NCBI GenBank assembly: GCA_965200785.1
Contig: CBDAVA010000003.1
Coordinates: 1,978,241-2,042,240 of the forward strand
Direction: 5' to 3'
From: Alphaproteobacteria bacterium
GTDB taxonomy: Bacteria; Pseudomonadota; Alphaproteobacteria; Bin95
Length of the DNA stretch: 64,000 nucleotides
How positions within the stretch are numbered: position 1 is the stretch's first letter; every line of letters starts with the position of its first letter. Of the stretch, positions 42,045 to 52,912 are shown piece by piece. The notes below the pieces were generated by a model, which did not search any database, was not told where the DNA came from, and worked only from the letters and a program-made list of their open reading frames with translations. A program made the position numbers and the translations under genes.

Positions 42045-42218
42045 TTATCCGAACGCGGCCACAAGGCCGATGACGATGCCGATAAGGCCGATGACGGTGA
42101 TGACGCTGCCGCCGACCCTGGCCTGCAGGCCGTCATCCTTGCCAAAGCCCACCCGCATGGCGGCGATACCCAGTATCGCGACCAGGGCGGACATGACCAG
42201 ACCGAGCGCTGTGCCCAT
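42045..42218 (-). CDS. small (57 aa) two-helix membrane protein, Gly/Ile-rich
   Basis: MGTALGLVMSALVAILGIAAMRVGFGKDDGLQARVGGSVITVIGLIGIVIGLVAAFG. A GAAGGAGG RBS sits 6 nt upstream of the ATG. Confidence 0.45.
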   Translation of the reverse strand: MGTALGLVMSALVAILGIAAMRVGFGKDDGLQARVGGSVITVIGLIGIVIGLVAAFG

Positions 42219-42283
42219 AGGGCCTCCTTCATGCCGGCCGCCGCGAAGTGTGCCGTCTTGCTGCCGGGCGGCGGCGGGCGTGT

Positions 42284-43138
42284 CTATTGCGGCGTCATGC
42301 CTCTGAGCCGCTCCGAGCGGCGGCGCAGCAATTCGACGGTGGTCAGAAGGCAGACGGAAATCACCACCAGGATCGTCGCGACGGCGAGGATCGTCGGGCT
42401 GATCTGTTCGCGCAATCCGGTGAACATCTGCCAGGGCAGGGTTTTCTGGCCCGCAGAGCCAACAAACAGCACGACAACCACTTCGTCAAACGAGGTGATG
42501 AACGCGAATAGCCCGCCGGAAATCACTCCGGGCAAAATCAGCGGCGCCTGCACCTTGAAAAAGGTCCGGACGGGATTGGCGCCGAGATTGGCCGCAGCGC
42601 GGGTCAGGCTCCTGTCGAACCCGACCAGCGTCGCGGTCACGGTGATGATGACGAACGGGATGCCGAGCGCCGCATGGGCCAGGACAACGCCGACATAGGT
42701 GCCCTGAAGGCCGATGCGCGAATAGAAGAAATACATCCCCGCGGCCGAGATGATGAGCGGCACGATCATCGGCGAGATCAGCACCGCCATGATTGCGCCG
42801 CGGAACGGCACATGGCTTTGCGATAGCCCGATAGCGGCGAGCGTTCCCAGGCTGACAGAGAGCAATGTCGCCGCCGGCGCGATGCGCACGGAGTTGTAGA
42901 GCGCGCCCTGCCAGTCGGAATTGGTGAAGAAGTCGTTGTAGTTCACCAGGCTGTAGGCGCCGGCCTCGAACCGCAGCATTTCCGGCGTGAAGGTGAAGAA
43001 CGGCAGCGAGTTGAAGCTGAGCGGGATGATCACCAGAAGCGGGAAGATCAGAAAGAAAAAGATGAGGGCGCAGATGATCCGAAAGCCCCAATACCAGGCT
43101 TTTTGACCGGTCGATGCGTAGGGCGGCAAGGCGGTCAT
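42284..43138 (-). CDS. ABC transporter permease (PotC-like)
   Basis: 6-TM with the EAA-loop region. The start was taken at MTALPP to avoid a 105-bp overlap with the upstream permease. Confidence 0.75.
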   Translation of the reverse strand: MTALPPYASTGQKAWYWGFRIICALIFFFLIFPLLVIIPLSFNSLPFFTFTPEMLRFEAGAYSLVNYNDFFTNSDWQGALYNSVRIAPAATLLSVSLGTLAAIGLSQSHVPFRGAIMAVLISPMIVPLIISAAGMYFFYSRIGLQGTYVGVVLAHAALGIPFVIITVTATLVGFDRSLTRAAANLGANPVRTFFKVQAPLILPGVISGGLFAFITSFDEVVVVLFVGSAGQKTLPWQMFTGLREQISPTILAVATILVVISVCLLTTVELLRRRSERLRGMTPQ

Positions 43139-43143
43139 GTCGT

Positions 43144-44475
43144 CTATCCCAGCTTCACATTGTCTATGCCGACGATCTTGTCGTAGATCCAGTAAAGGAG
43201 CAGCACGACCACCAGCAGGATAACGCCCAGCGCCGCAGCCAGGCCCCAATTGAGGCTCGACGAGATGTGATAGGCGATTCGATTGGAGATGAAGGTGCCC
43301 GACGTGCCGCCGACCAGTTCGGGCGTGATGTAATAGCCGATGGAGAGGATGAAGACGAGAATCGCGCCGGCGCCGATTCCGGGCACGCTTTGCGGGAAAT
43401 AGACCCGCCAGAACGCGGTCCAGTCGGTAGCGCCAAGAGATTTGGCGGCGCGCATGTAGCTTGGCGGAATCGTCCGCATCACCGAATAGAGCGGCAGGAT
43501 CATGAACGGCAGCAGGATATGCGTCATCGCGATGATCGTGCCGGTCTGATTGTTGATCATCAACAGCCGCCCGTCATTGGCCACCAGACCAAGGAAAACA
43601 AGCGTGTCGTTGATAACGCCCTGCTGCTGGAGCAGCACCTTCCAGGCCGAGGTCCGGACGAGGAGCGATGTCCAGAAGGGCAGCAGCACCAGGATCATCA
43701 GCAGATTTGAGGTCCGCATCGGCAAGGTCGCCAGCAGGAAGGCAACCGGATAGCCGATCAGGAGGCAGGCGAGCGTAATCGCCACGCTGAGCAGCAGCGT
43801 CCTCTCGAACAGGAAGATGTAGATCCGTTCGTTTTCCGGCCTCGCCTCGATGCCTTCCACGCCCAGCTTGGCATCGACGGAGTTAAGGAAATAGCCGGAG
43901 GTATATGGCCCTGAAAACCGTTTGATGAGCGCCCAGATTTCGGGATCGCTCCAGCTCTTGTGCATCTTTGCGAACTGGGCGGCGAAATCGCCGTCATCCG
44001 TCATTCGCTTGACGCCGCGCCCGGTCCTGCGCAGCAGGCTGGCGACGCCGGTCCGCTCGTAGTTGAGGCGGGAACCGAGCCTGGTATGCGCCTTGGCCGC
44101 AACAGCGACCGTCAGATCCTTGTAGAGGGCGGCGAACACCGCCTCGCCCGGCGGTTTGCCCGACGCCTCGTCCCAGTCCTCGAGCGCCCGGACCGTCAGC
44201 GGCAGGGTGTCGGGCACGATCGAGTTCTCGACCGACCGGAACAGCATGTCCACAATCGGAGCGGCGAAAGTGACCAGAATGAAGATCAACAGCGGCGCGA
44301 TCAGGGCGAGAGCGCGCAGTTTCTGCAGGCGCAGGGCGCGGGCGAGCGACTGCCGGAGCGGTCTGCCGTCGGCTGCGAGAATGGGTCCGGTGTCGCCTGC
44401 TGTATCGGCCATTCGGTCTGACGCGCCTTCGTTAACGGGCTGGAAAGGGGAAGAGGGGCCCGAAGGCCCCTCCAC
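43144..44475 (-). CDS. ABC transporter permease (PotB-like, with N-terminal extension)
   Basis: 443 aa; the C-terminal half is a typical binding-protein-dependent transport permease. Confidence 0.75.
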   Translation of the reverse strand: MEGPSGPSSPFQPVNEGASDRMADTAGDTGPILAADGRPLRQSLARALRLQKLRALALIAPLLIFILVTFAAPIVDMLFRSVENSIVPDTLPLTVRALEDWDEASGKPPGEAVFAALYKDLTVAVAAKAHTRLGSRLNYERTGVASLLRRTGRGVKRMTDDGDFAAQFAKMHKSWSDPEIWALIKRFSGPYTSGYFLNSVDAKLGVEGIEARPENERIYIFLFERTLLLSVAITLACLLIGYPVAFLLATLPMRTSNLLMILVLLPFWTSLLVRTSAWKVLLQQQGVINDTLVFLGLVANDGRLLMINNQTGTIIAMTHILLPFMILPLYSVMRTIPPSYMRAAKSLGATDWTAFWRVYFPQSVPGIGAGAILVFILSIGYYITPELVGGTSGTFISNRIAYHISSSLNWGLAAALGVILLVVVLLLYWIYDKIVGIDNVKLG

Positions 44476-44484
44476 AAATTGCAG

Positions 44485-45582
44485 CTACTTGGCGAGCCAG
44501 GTCTGGAACTTCGCGTCGATGTCGTCGCGATAGTCCGCCCAGAACTCGTAATTGTAGAGCAGCGTGTTGCGCGTGTTATCGGGGTCCGTAGGCATATGCG
44601 GCGCCATGTCGATGCCCAGCGTCGCGTGCTTGTCCACCAGCGGGGCGGAGGAGGCGCGCGTCGGCCCGTAGGAGATATATTTCGCCTGGTCTGCAAGGCG
44701 CTGGGTGTCAGTGGCGAAATAGATGTAATCGAGCGCCCGCTTCTTGCGCTCGTCGCTCAGATTCGCCGGAATGATCCACCCGTCGAGATCGAACACCTGA
44801 CGGTCCCACAGCATCGCAACCGGCTGCTTCTGCTCTTCGATCAGGGCGAACAGGCGGCCATTATAGGTCGACCCCATAATCACTTCGCCGTCGGCCAGAA
44901 GCTGCGGCGTATCCGCGCCGGCGGACCACCACACGACATGGTCCTTGATCGTGTCGAGCTTGGCGAAAGCGCGCGCCTGGCCTTCTTCCGTGGCAAGCAC
45001 GTCATAGACGTCGGCCTTGGCGACGCCGTCGCACATCAAGGCCCATTCCACATTGTTGATCGGGCGTTTCTCAAGGCTGCGCTTGCCCGGATAGTTCTCT
45101 AGGTCGAATACGGCGCAGACATCCTCGGGCGGCGTGTCGCCCACCAGATCGGTGCGGTAGCCGAAGGTCGTCGAATAGACGATCTGCGGGATGAAGCACT
45201 CCGAGACGAGGAATTCGCCGAAATCAGCGGATGCAGGGGTGCCGTCGGGCGCCGGAGCCAGCATCGCGTCCGGGTCGATTTCCATGGCGAGGCCTTCGTC
45301 GCAAAGACGGATCGCGTCCGACGCAACGACATCGACCACGTCCCAGGTCGTGTTGCCCGCCTCGGCCATGGCGCGCAGCTTGGCGACGGCTTCCGCGGCG
45401 CTCTCGTCATTGATGATATTGACGCCCGGATTCATGGCCATATACGGCTCGTGATAGGCCTTCAACTGGGACAGGGAGTAGGCGCCGCCCCAGGAAACGA
45501 TGGTCATGTCCTCCGCCTGGGCCGCGCCGGCAATGGCTACGGCGCCGAGCGCGCCGGCCGTCAGGAACGTCTTGAGTCTCAT
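44485..45582 (-). CDS. ABC transporter periplasmic substrate-binding protein (PotD/PotF-like, SBP family 1)
   Basis: Start at MRLKTFLTAGALGAVAIAGAAQA (signal peptide) with an AAGGAG RBS. The track ORF to 45918 over-extends. Confidence 0.75.
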   Translation of the reverse strand: MRLKTFLTAGALGAVAIAGAAQAEDMTIVSWGGAYSLSQLKAYHEPYMAMNPGVNIINDESAAEAVAKLRAMAEAGNTTWDVVDVVASDAIRLCDEGLAMEIDPDAMLAPAPDGTPASADFGEFLVSECFIPQIVYSTTFGYRTDLVGDTPPEDVCAVFDLENYPGKRSLEKRPINNVEWALMCDGVAKADVYDVLATEEGQARAFAKLDTIKDHVVWWSAGADTPQLLADGEVIMGSTYNGRLFALIEEQKQPVAMLWDRQVFDLDGWIIPANLSDERKKRALDYIYFATDTQRLADQAKYISYGPTRASSAPLVDKHATLGIDMAPHMPTDPDNTRNTLLYNYEFWADYRDDIDAKFQTWLAK

Positions 45583-45650
45583 GTGGTTTTCTCCTTCAGA
45601 TTCCACTATCGGTTCTGCAGCGCCCGGCCAGAGGCCGAAGGCGTTGCGGT

Positions 45651-46874
45651 TTATGCCGCATCCAGAGCCCGGCAGTCGTCGGTTTGCCACCCTATTGCGG
45701 TTGTCTGGCCGACCTGAAGCGCGAGATGCTGTGAGGAATTCGGGATCTTGACGATGAAATCGTCGCGTCCGGCGACCTCCATCCGGCAACGGATATGGTC
45801 TCCCAGATAGATCATCTCGACGACCTTGCCCTCCAGCCGGTTCGGCGCCGAGGATTCCGCAATCAGGACGCGCTCGGGCCGAACGGACAGCATCGTCCGC
45901 GAACCGACCGCTCCGCAATTGACAGCCAGCGCGCCGATCTCGCCGGCGCCGTCCAGGCGGACCCGTGCTTCGCGGTCGGACAATGCCGTCACCGTGCCGT
46001 CGAGCTTGTTGTTCTCGCCGATGAACTGCGCCACGAAAGCGTTTTCGGGCCGTTCATAGAGGTCTTCCGGGGTTGCGAGCTGCTGGATCACGCCGTCATT
46101 GAAGACGGCGATCCGGTCCGACATCGTCAGCGCCTCGGACTGATCGTGTGTGACATACACCACGGTGACGCCCAGCCGCTCATGCAGGTGCTTGATCTCG
46201 TACTGCATATGCTCGCGCAACTGCTTGTCGAGCGCGCCCAAGGGTTCGTCCATCAACACCAGTTCCGGCTCGAACACCAGCGCGCGCGCGAGCGCCACCC
46301 GCTGTTGCTGGCCGCCGGAGAGCTGGGCCGGCCGCCGCCCGGCGAATTCGGAACCGCCCATCTGGACCATGTCCAGCGCCCGAGCCACCTTTCCCTCCAC
46401 TTCGGCCTTGCCCATCCGGCGCACCTGCAGGGGGAACGCCAGATTCTCGGCAATCGTCATATGCGGGAACAGCGCGTAGTTCTGGAAGACCATGCCGATG
46501 CCGCGCTTGTGCGGCGGGATATTGTTGATCGGGCGGCCGCCGAGACTGATCTGGCCGTGCGTGGCGACCTCGAACCCGGCCAGCATCATCAGGCAGGTCG
46601 TCTTGCCGGAGCCTGACGGCCCGAGCATGGTGAGGAACTCGCCGCCCGCGATCTGGAGGTTGAGATTCTTGACGACCAGAGAGACGCCGTCGTAACTCTT
46701 CTGGACGTCTTCGAACTGGACGAAGGCGCGGTCGTTTTCTGGCACGAACTGGTCCGCCGATATTGATTTGCGCCGGCAGCTTACACAAATACCGGTGTCG
46801 TAGAAAGAGCGGACAGGGCGCCGGCCACGGCCAAGAGCGCGGGAGCTTCCGGAATGAGCCAGCAACTCCTCCAT
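45651..46874 (-). CDS. ABC transporter ATP-binding protein (PotA-like)
   Basis: Walker [25 protein letters not shown] signature and a C-terminal TOBE domain. The start is uncertain: there is no ATG close to the conserved [11 protein letters not shown]-terminus, and the ORF extends to 47048. Confidence 0.7.
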   Translation of the reverse strand: MEELLAHSGSSRALGRGRRPVRSFYDTGICVSCRRKSISADQFVPENDRAFVQFEDVQKSYDGVSLVVKNLNLQIAGGEFLTMLGPSGSGKTTCLMMLAGFEVATHGQISLGGRPINNIPPHKRGIGMVFQNYALFPHMTIAENLAFPLQVRRMGKAEVEGKVARALDMVQMGGSEFAGRRPAQLSGGQQQRVALARALVFEPELVLMDEPLGALDKQLREHMQYEIKHLHERLGVTVVYVTHDQSEALTMSDRIAVFNDGVIQQLATPEDLYERPENAFVAQFIGENNKLDGTVTALSDREARVRLDGAGEIGALAVNCGAVGSRTMLSVRPERVLIAESSAPNRLEGKVVEMIYLGDHIRCRMEVAGRDDFIVKIPNSSQHLALQVGQTTAIGWQTDDCRALDAA

Positions 46875-47095
46875 CTCGTCTTCGGCGGGCGGCTGACGCA
46901 TCCCGACGGAATCGAGTTCGCCGATCTCGCAGAGCTGGATATCGTCGGCATCTTTCCCAACTACGCCGAGGCCTGCAGGGCCTGGCGGGGCAAGGCGCAG
47001 AGCACGGTGGACGACGCGCATATGCGCTATTTCGTGGTGCATATGCACCGCTTGCTGGACCCCGGAGAGGATGAGCGCAAGGTGGACTGCGGCTG

Positions 47096-48742
47096 ATGGA
47101 CGGCGGACAGGCTCTGGTCGAGACCCTGGCGGCCTGGGGCGTCGAGGCCGCCTTCGCCGTGCCGGGAGAGAGCTATCTGCCGGTTCTCGCCGCCCTGCAG
47201 CGCCGGGCGAACAGCATTCGCCTTGTGACGCCGCGCCATGAGTCGGGCGTCACATTCGCCTGTGCGGCCTATGGCAGGACAGCCGGCAAGCCGGCGGTCG
47301 GCCTGGTCAGCCGCGGCCCCGGCTCGACGAACGCTTCCATCGGGCTGCATGTCGCGCGCCAGGACTCGGTGCCGATGCTGCTGGTGATCGGCGATGTGCC
47401 GACCGCCTCCAAGGGACGGGAGGCGTTTCAGGAAATCGACTATCACAAGATGTTCGACGGCATCGCCAAGGCGGTCTTCGAGCCCGGAGCGGCTGCCGAA
47501 GTGCCGGACAAGGCGGCCCGGGCTCTCGAACTGGCGTCGGCCGGGCGGCCGGGGCCCGTGGTTCTGGTCATGCCCAAGGATATTTCCGACGGGGATGCGG
47601 GCGCGCCGGCCATTCCGCCGCCGGCGCCGCGCGCCGCCTTGCTTCCGGATGCGGATGCGGTTGCCGGCGCCGCGCGGCTGATCGATGCGGCCCGCCGCCC
47701 TGTCATCGTCGCAGGCGAGTTGATCGCCTTCGAGGGCGCGGAGCAGCCGCTGGCCGAATTCGCGGAGGCGAGCGGCGCTGCGGTCACCGCCGCCTATCGC
47801 TGCCAGGACGCGATAGCCAACAGCAACCCGGCCTATATCGGCCATCTGGAGATCAACCGGGACGCCTTCCAGGAGCGGGCCTGGCAGGAGGCGGACCTCG
47901 TCATCGCCGCCGGGGCGCGGCTGGACGGCATCACCACCCGCGACTTCTCCATGATCCGGGACGACCAGACGCTGATCCATCTTCACCCGGATGCGGATGT
48001 GCTGGCGCGCTGGCCGTCCGGGCTGGCGGTGCGCGCCGATGCCGGGCCGGCGCTGGAGGCGCTGACCGCCGCCATTGCGCCCGGCGGCCCCGCCCGCCGC
48101 GCCTGGCGGGCGGCGTTGCACGACGCCTATCGGCGCTTTTCGCTGCCCGGAGAGGTTGCCGTTCACGGCCGCGTCGATTTGGCGGAGGCGGTGGCCGAGA
48201 CGCGCCGGCAGCTGCCGCCGGAGGCCGTGGTCATCACCGACAGCGGCACATTCGCGCGCTGGGTGCATCGCTATTTCCGCTTTGATGCGCCGCGGACCCA
48301 GGCCGGACCGATGGCCGGCGCGATGGGCTACGGCGTGCCCGGCGGCATCGGCGCGGCGCTCGCGCGGCCCGGAGCGCCGGTGGTCGTCTTTGTCGGGGAC
48401 GGCGGTTTCCTGATGACAGGACAGGAAGCCGTGACGCTGGTGCAGGAACATCTGCCGGTGAAGATCGTCGTCTGCGACAACAATGCCTGGGGGTCGATCC
48501 TGACCTCGCAGCAAACGCGGTATGGAGAAGCCGGGATTTTCGGCACGCGGCTGAACAGCCCCGATTTCGAGGCGGTTGGCCGGGCCTACGGCCTCCATGC
48601 AAGCCGTGTGCGGGAGACCGGCGAATTTCCCGCCGCCTTCGCCGCCGCCCTTGCGCATCCGGGCCCGGCGCTGATCCATCTCGAACTCGATGAGCGGGAC
48701 ATCTCGCCGTTCTCCGGCCAGGCCCGGTCCTATCGGGTTTAG
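47096..48742 (+). CDS. thiamine-diphosphate-dependent enzyme (acetolactate-synthase-like family)
   Basis: 548 aa with N-terminal Pyr, central and C-terminal TPP-binding domains (GDGGFLMTGQE). Confidence 0.75.
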   Translation: MDGGQALVETLAAWGVEAAFAVPGESYLPVLAALQRRANSIRLVTPRHESGVTFACAAYGRTAGKPAVGLVSRGPGSTNASIGLHVARQDSVPMLLVIGDVPTASKGREAFQEIDYHKMFDGIAKAVFEPGAAAEVPDKAARALELASAGRPGPVVLVMPKDISDGDAGAPAIPPPAPRAALLPDADAVAGAARLIDAARRPVIVAGELIAFEGAEQPLAEFAEASGAAVTAAYRCQDAIANSNPAYIGHLEINRDAFQERAWQEADLVIAAGARLDGITTRDFSMIRDDQTLIHLHPDADVLARWPSGLAVRADAGPALEALTAAIAPGGPARRAWRAALHDAYRRFSLPGEVAVHGRVDLAEAVAETRRQLPPEAVVITDSGTFARWVHRYFRFDAPRTQAGPMAGAMGYGVPGGIGAALARPGAPVVVFVGDGGFLMTGQEAVTLVQEHLPVKIVVCDNNAWGSILTSQQTRYGEAGIFGTRLNSPDFEAVGRAYGLHASRVRETGEFPAAFAAALAHPGPALIHLELDERDISPFSGQARSYRV

Positions 48743-49110
48743 AGAAACGCGTTCGGTTTCTGGAAGATGCCGAGCATGAGCGCGCCGCCGGGCGAGCGCG
48801 CCTCATGACGGCTGCCGGCGGGCCGCCAGACGAAATCGCCCGCCTTCACTTCGCCGTCGGCGTCCTCGAAGGCGCCTTCCAGCACATAGGTCTGTTCGAT
48901 TGCGGTGTGCTCATGCAAGGGCAGCACGGCGCCCGGCGCCCAGCGGAAGAGGGCGGTCGTCAGACCGCTGGCTTCGTCTTCCAGCAGCACCTTGACCGAG
49001 ACGCCCGGATAAGGCGTGTCGCGCCAGGGCAATGCGCCCACATCGACAATGCGCGATGCGAGCGGCGCCAGATGGTCGTGGGCAGCGGTGTTCGGTGTGC
49101 GCGGGGCCAT
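48739..49110 (-). CDS. cupin-domain protein
   Basis: LPLHEHTAIEQTYVLEGAFED cupin-2 motif; 123 aa. Confidence 0.6.
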   Translation of the reverse strand: MAPRTPNTAAHDHLAPLASRIVDVGALPWRDTPYPGVSVKVLLEDEASGLTTALFRWAPGAVLPLHEHTAIEQTYVLEGAFEDADGEVKAGDFVWRPAGSRHEARSPGGALMLGIFQKPNAFL

Positions 49111-49192
49111 CGCGGAAGCCCTCCTTGAAGCCGGTTGCCTGCTATTCTAGCGTGCGCTGCCGCATGTTCGAGGCGGCGCGGGGGGAACCGGC

Positions 49193-51313
49193 ATGAGTAT
49201 CCGCACTGACACACTTGATGCTTTTTTCAATCCGGAATCAGTGGCGATTGTCGGCGCTTCGTCGAATTTCACCAAGATTGGCGGCCGGCCCGTCCACAAC
49301 ATGAAGATTTCGGGCTATGGCGGCGCGGTGTATCCGGTCAATCCCCGCGCGGCGGAGATCCAGGGCCTGCCGGCGTTCGCCACAATCGGCGACATTCCGG
49401 GGCCGGTCGATATGGCGGTGATCGTCGTGCCGATGCCGCATGTGGAAGCGGCGGTGCAGGCTTGTATCGAAAAGGGCGTGAAGGCCGCGATCGTTCTCTC
49501 CTCCGGCTTCGCGGAAATTTCGGAGCAGGGCGCGCAGGCGCAGCGCCGTCTGGCCGATCTCGGCGCGGAGGGCGGACTGCGGATCATGGGGCCCAATTGC
49601 ATGGGCGTGATGAACACCGGCACCGGCATGATCGCCACCTTCATCTCGGCCATCGGGGACACCGGGCCGGAAACCGGCGCCATTTCCGTCGCGGCGCAAT
49701 CGGGCGCTTTCGGCGGCCACTGCTTTACGCTGGCGCGCGAACGCGGCCTCGGGCTCAATCTCTGGGCGACGATGGGCAACCAGTGCGATGTCGAGTTTTC
49801 GGACTGCCTCGCCTATATGGCGCGCGATCCCGGCACCCGCGTCGTGCTGGGATATATGGAAGGCGTCCAGGACGCGGACAGGCTGGTCGAGGCCCTGGAG
49901 ATCGCCCGCGACGCCGGCAAGCCGGTGGTGCTAATGAAAGTCGGCCGTTCCGAGATCGGAAGCGCGGCGGCGGCCTCCCATACCGCGTCGCTCACCGGCT
50001 CCGACGCCGTGTTCGACGCCCTGTTGCGCCAGCACAATGTCTATCGCCCGCGCAGCATCGACGAGATGTTCGATGTCGGCTACGCCTTCGCCGGCGGGAA
50101 GCTGCCGAAGAGCGGGAAAACCGGCATCATCACGGTCTCCGGCGGGGTGGGCGTCATCATGGCGGACGCGGCCGAGGATGCCGGCCTGGAGCTGCCGGCC
50201 CTGCCGGAAGCGACGCAGCAGAGGATGAAAGATCTGGTGCCGTTCGCCGGCACCCGCAACCCGCTCGACGTGACGGCGCAGTTCATCAATGACGCGACTC
50301 TGATGGACGCGATGTATGGCGCGCTGCTCGATGACGGCGATTATGCGAGCGCCGTGTGTTTCATGGCCGGCGTCGGCCTGAACCCGCTGATGATGGAAGC
50401 GCTGGAGCCGAGCCTGGAGGCGGTCATAGCGCGGTTCCCCGACCATCTGCACATGCTCTCCATCCTGACCACGCCGGAGCGCCGGGCGCGGCTGCAGGCG
50501 ATGGGGTACCTCTGCTATGAAGACCCCAGCCGGGCGATCCATGCACTCGGCGCCTTGGCCCGGTATGCCGCCGCATTGCAGCGCGGGCCGGCAGCGCCGC
50601 CGCCCGAACTGCCTTCGGATGCGCCGAGGCTCGCCGCCGGCGCGGCCATCAACGAAGTGGAAGGCAAGCAAATCCTGGCTGCCGCCGGCGTGCCCGCCGT
50701 GCCGGAAGTGATTGCGGGGTCTGCCGCCGAGGCGGCCGAGGCGGCGGCGGCGGCGGGTTTCCCGGTCGTGATGAAGATCGTCTCCCCCGACATTCTCCAC
50801 AAGTCCGAGATCGGCGGCGTCATGCTCGGCATTGCGACGCGGGAGGCCGCCGAAACCGCCTTTGAGGAGCTGACGGCGCGGGCCGGCGCCCATGCGCCGG
50901 ATGCGCGCATAGACGGTGTTCTCGTTGCGCCCATGGTATCGGGCGGGGTCGAGACCATATTGGGCGTCGTCCGGGACCCGGTGTTCGGCCCGGTGGTGAT
51001 GTTCGGCCTCGGCGGCATCTTCGTGGAGGTGTTGAAGGATGTGACCTTCCGCATCGCGCCGTTCGGCATCGACGAGGCCCGCCGCATGATCCGCGAGGTG
51101 CGGGGCTATCCGATGCTGCAGGGCGTGCGCGGCGCGCCGGCGGCGGATGAGGCGGCGCTTGCCGAGGCGCTGTCGCGCCTCTCGGTGTTCGCCGCCGCCA
51201 ATGCCGATGTGCTGGAGACGATCGACGTCAACCCGTTCATCGTGCTGCCGGAGGGGCAGGGCGCTGTCGCGGTGGATGCGTTAATTGCGGTTCGGGAGAA
51301 AGCGGACGAATGA
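49193..51313 (+). CDS. NDP-forming acyl-CoA synthetase (acetate--CoA ligase [ADP-forming] family), fused alpha/beta
   Basis: An N-terminal CoA-binding and succinyl-CoA-synthetase-like domain with the phospho-His loop, plus a C-terminal ATP-grasp (VVMKIVSPDILHKSEIGGV); 706 aa. Confidence 0.8.
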   Translation: MSIRTDTLDAFFNPESVAIVGASSNFTKIGGRPVHNMKISGYGGAVYPVNPRAAEIQGLPAFATIGDIPGPVDMAVIVVPMPHVEAAVQACIEKGVKAAIVLSSGFAEISEQGAQAQRRLADLGAEGGLRIMGPNCMGVMNTGTGMIATFISAIGDTGPETGAISVAAQSGAFGGHCFTLARERGLGLNLWATMGNQCDVEFSDCLAYMARDPGTRVVLGYMEGVQDADRLVEALEIARDAGKPVVLMKVGRSEIGSAAAASHTASLTGSDAVFDALLRQHNVYRPRSIDEMFDVGYAFAGGKLPKSGKTGIITVSGGVGVIMADAAEDAGLELPALPEATQQRMKDLVPFAGTRNPLDVTAQFINDATLMDAMYGALLDDGDYASAVCFMAGVGLNPLMMEALEPSLEAVIARFPDHLHMLSILTTPERRARLQAMGYLCYEDPSRAIHALGALARYAAALQRGPAAPPPELPSDAPRLAAGAAINEVEGKQILAAAGVPAVPEVIAGSAAEAAEAAAAAGFPVVMKIVSPDILHKSEIGGVMLGIATREAAETAFEELTARAGAHAPDARIDGVLVAPMVSGGVETILGVVRDPVFGPVVMFGLGGIFVEVLKDVTFRIAPFGIDEARRMIREVRGYPMLQGVRGAPAADEAALAEALSRLSVFAAANADVLETIDVNPFIVLPEGQGAVAVDALIAVREKADE

Positions 51314-52488
51314 GCCGCCGGCCGGTCATTGTCGGCGTCGCCGACGCGCCGACGCATAACCGGGGCCGGGCGCTGCCGGGCGCGACGGTGCTGTCCATCC
51401 AGCGCGATGCGGCGGTCGAGGCGCTGACGCAGGCAGGGCTGGCGCTCCGCGATGTGGACGGGCTGGCCGTCGCCGGCATGTGGGGTATGCCGGGGCCGGG
51501 CGCCATGCAGCCGGTTCTGTTGACCGAATATCTGGGCCTCGAATGGCCGCGTTATCTCGACGGCACCAATATCGGCGGCGCGGCCTTCGTGCTTCATGCC
51601 GGCCGGGCCGCGGAGGCGATCCGGTCGGGGCAGGCCGAAACGGTGCTGATCCTCTACGGCTCGCTGCAGAAGAGCCAGGCGGCGCGGGCGCTGGGCGGGC
51701 GGCCCGCCATGTTTTCGAACCAGTGGGACATCCCCGCCGGCCTGCCCCTGCCGGTCGGCGCCTATGCGATGGCCGCGCAGCGCCATGCGCATGTCTATGG
51801 CTCGACGCGGGAGACGCTTGCGGAAATTGCCGCGGCGACCCGCGCCTGGGCGGCGCTCAATCCGGCCGCCGCATTCCGGGAGCCGATGACGGTGGAGGAT
51901 GCGCTGGCCGCGCGCCCGATCGCCTCGCCGCTCGGGCGCTCCGATTGCTGCCTTGTCACCGACGGCGGCGGCGCGGTGGTGATGACCACGGAGGAACGCG
52001 CGCGCGACCTGCCCATGCCGCCGGTTCACCTGCTCGGGCACGGCGCCGCCGCTTCCCATACCAGTATCGCCCACATGCCGGACATGGCGAAGCTGGAGGC
52101 GGCCGAGCACGCCTCGCGCGCCGCATACGCCATGGCGGGGCGCCGGCCTGCCGAAATCGACCTCGCCATGCTGTATGACAGCTTCACGATCACCGTGCTG
52201 ATGACGCTGGAGGCGGTCGGTCTCTGCGGCTATGGCGAGGGCAAGGAGTTCGTCAGGGGCGGGCGGATCGGACCCGGCGGCGCCTTCCCGGTCAACACCA
52301 ATGGCGGCGGGCTGTCCTACTGCCATCCGGGCATGTACGGCCTGTTCACCATGATCGAGGCGGCGCGCCAGCTCTGGGGCATTGCCGGCGACCGGCAGGT
52401 TGCGAATGTCCGGACGGCGCTCTGCCACGGCACGGGCGGCGTCCTGTCGTCCGGCGCAACGGTCATCCTGTCAACCGAAAGGGACTAG
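51310..52488 (+). CDS. thiolase-like protein (SCP-x type)
   Basis: 392 aa thiolase fold. It overlaps the upstream stop and is followed by a DUF35 partner. Confidence 0.75.
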   Translation: MSRRPVIVGVADAPTHNRGRALPGATVLSIQRDAAVEALTQAGLALRDVDGLAVAGMWGMPGPGAMQPVLLTEYLGLEWPRYLDGTNIGGAAFVLHAGRAAEAIRSGQAETVLILYGSLQKSQAARALGGRPAMFSNQWDIPAGLPLPVGAYAMAAQRHAHVYGSTRETLAEIAAATRAWAALNPAAAFREPMTVEDALAARPIASPLGRSDCCLVTDGGGAVVMTTEERARDLPMPPVHLLGHGAAASHTSIAHMPDMAKLEAAEHASRAAYAMAGRRPAEIDLAMLYDSFTITVLMTLEAVGLCGYGEGKEFVRGGRIGPGGAFPVNTNGGGLSYCHPGMYGLFTMIEAARQLWGIAGDRQVANVRTALCHGTGGVLSSGATVILSTERD

Positions 52489-52497
52489 GATCCGGCC

Positions 52498-52905
52498 ATG
52501 AACATGGAGAAGCCGGCGCCTGCCATCGACGCCGAATCGGAACCTTACTGGAGCGGCGCCAGGCAGGGGCGGTTGATGATCCAGCGCTGCGGAAAGACCG
52601 GCCGCTGCTTCCTCTATTCGCGGCGCCTGGCGCCGGGCGTGGATGAGGCGAATATTCAGTGGATTGAGGCGGCGGGAACCGGCACCGTCTATTCCTTCAC
52701 CATATGCCATGCGCCCGCCGGCGCCGCTTTCCGGGACGAGACGCCCTATGCCGTGGCCTGCGTGACGCTGGACGAAGGCGCGCGCATTGTGAGCAATCTC
52801 GTCACCGACGATCTGGATGCCGTCCATATCGGCCAGCGGGTCGAGGTGTTCTTCGACAAGGTTTCCGAAGAGTTGACGATCCCGAAGTTCCGCCCGGCCG
52901 GCTGA
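52498..52905 (+). CDS. DUF35 OB-fold / Zn-ribbon protein
   Basis: PYWSGARQGRLMIQRCGKTGRCFLYSR matches the rubredoxin-like zinc ribbon plus OB fold of DUF35. Confidence 0.7.
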   Translation: MNMEKPAPAIDAESEPYWSGARQGRLMIQRCGKTGRCFLYSRRLAPGVDEANIQWIEAAGTGTVYSFTICHAPAGAAFRDETPYAVACVTLDEGARIVSNLVTDDLDAVHIGQRVEVFFDKVSEELTIPKFRPAG

Positions 52906-52912
52906 AGGCGCC

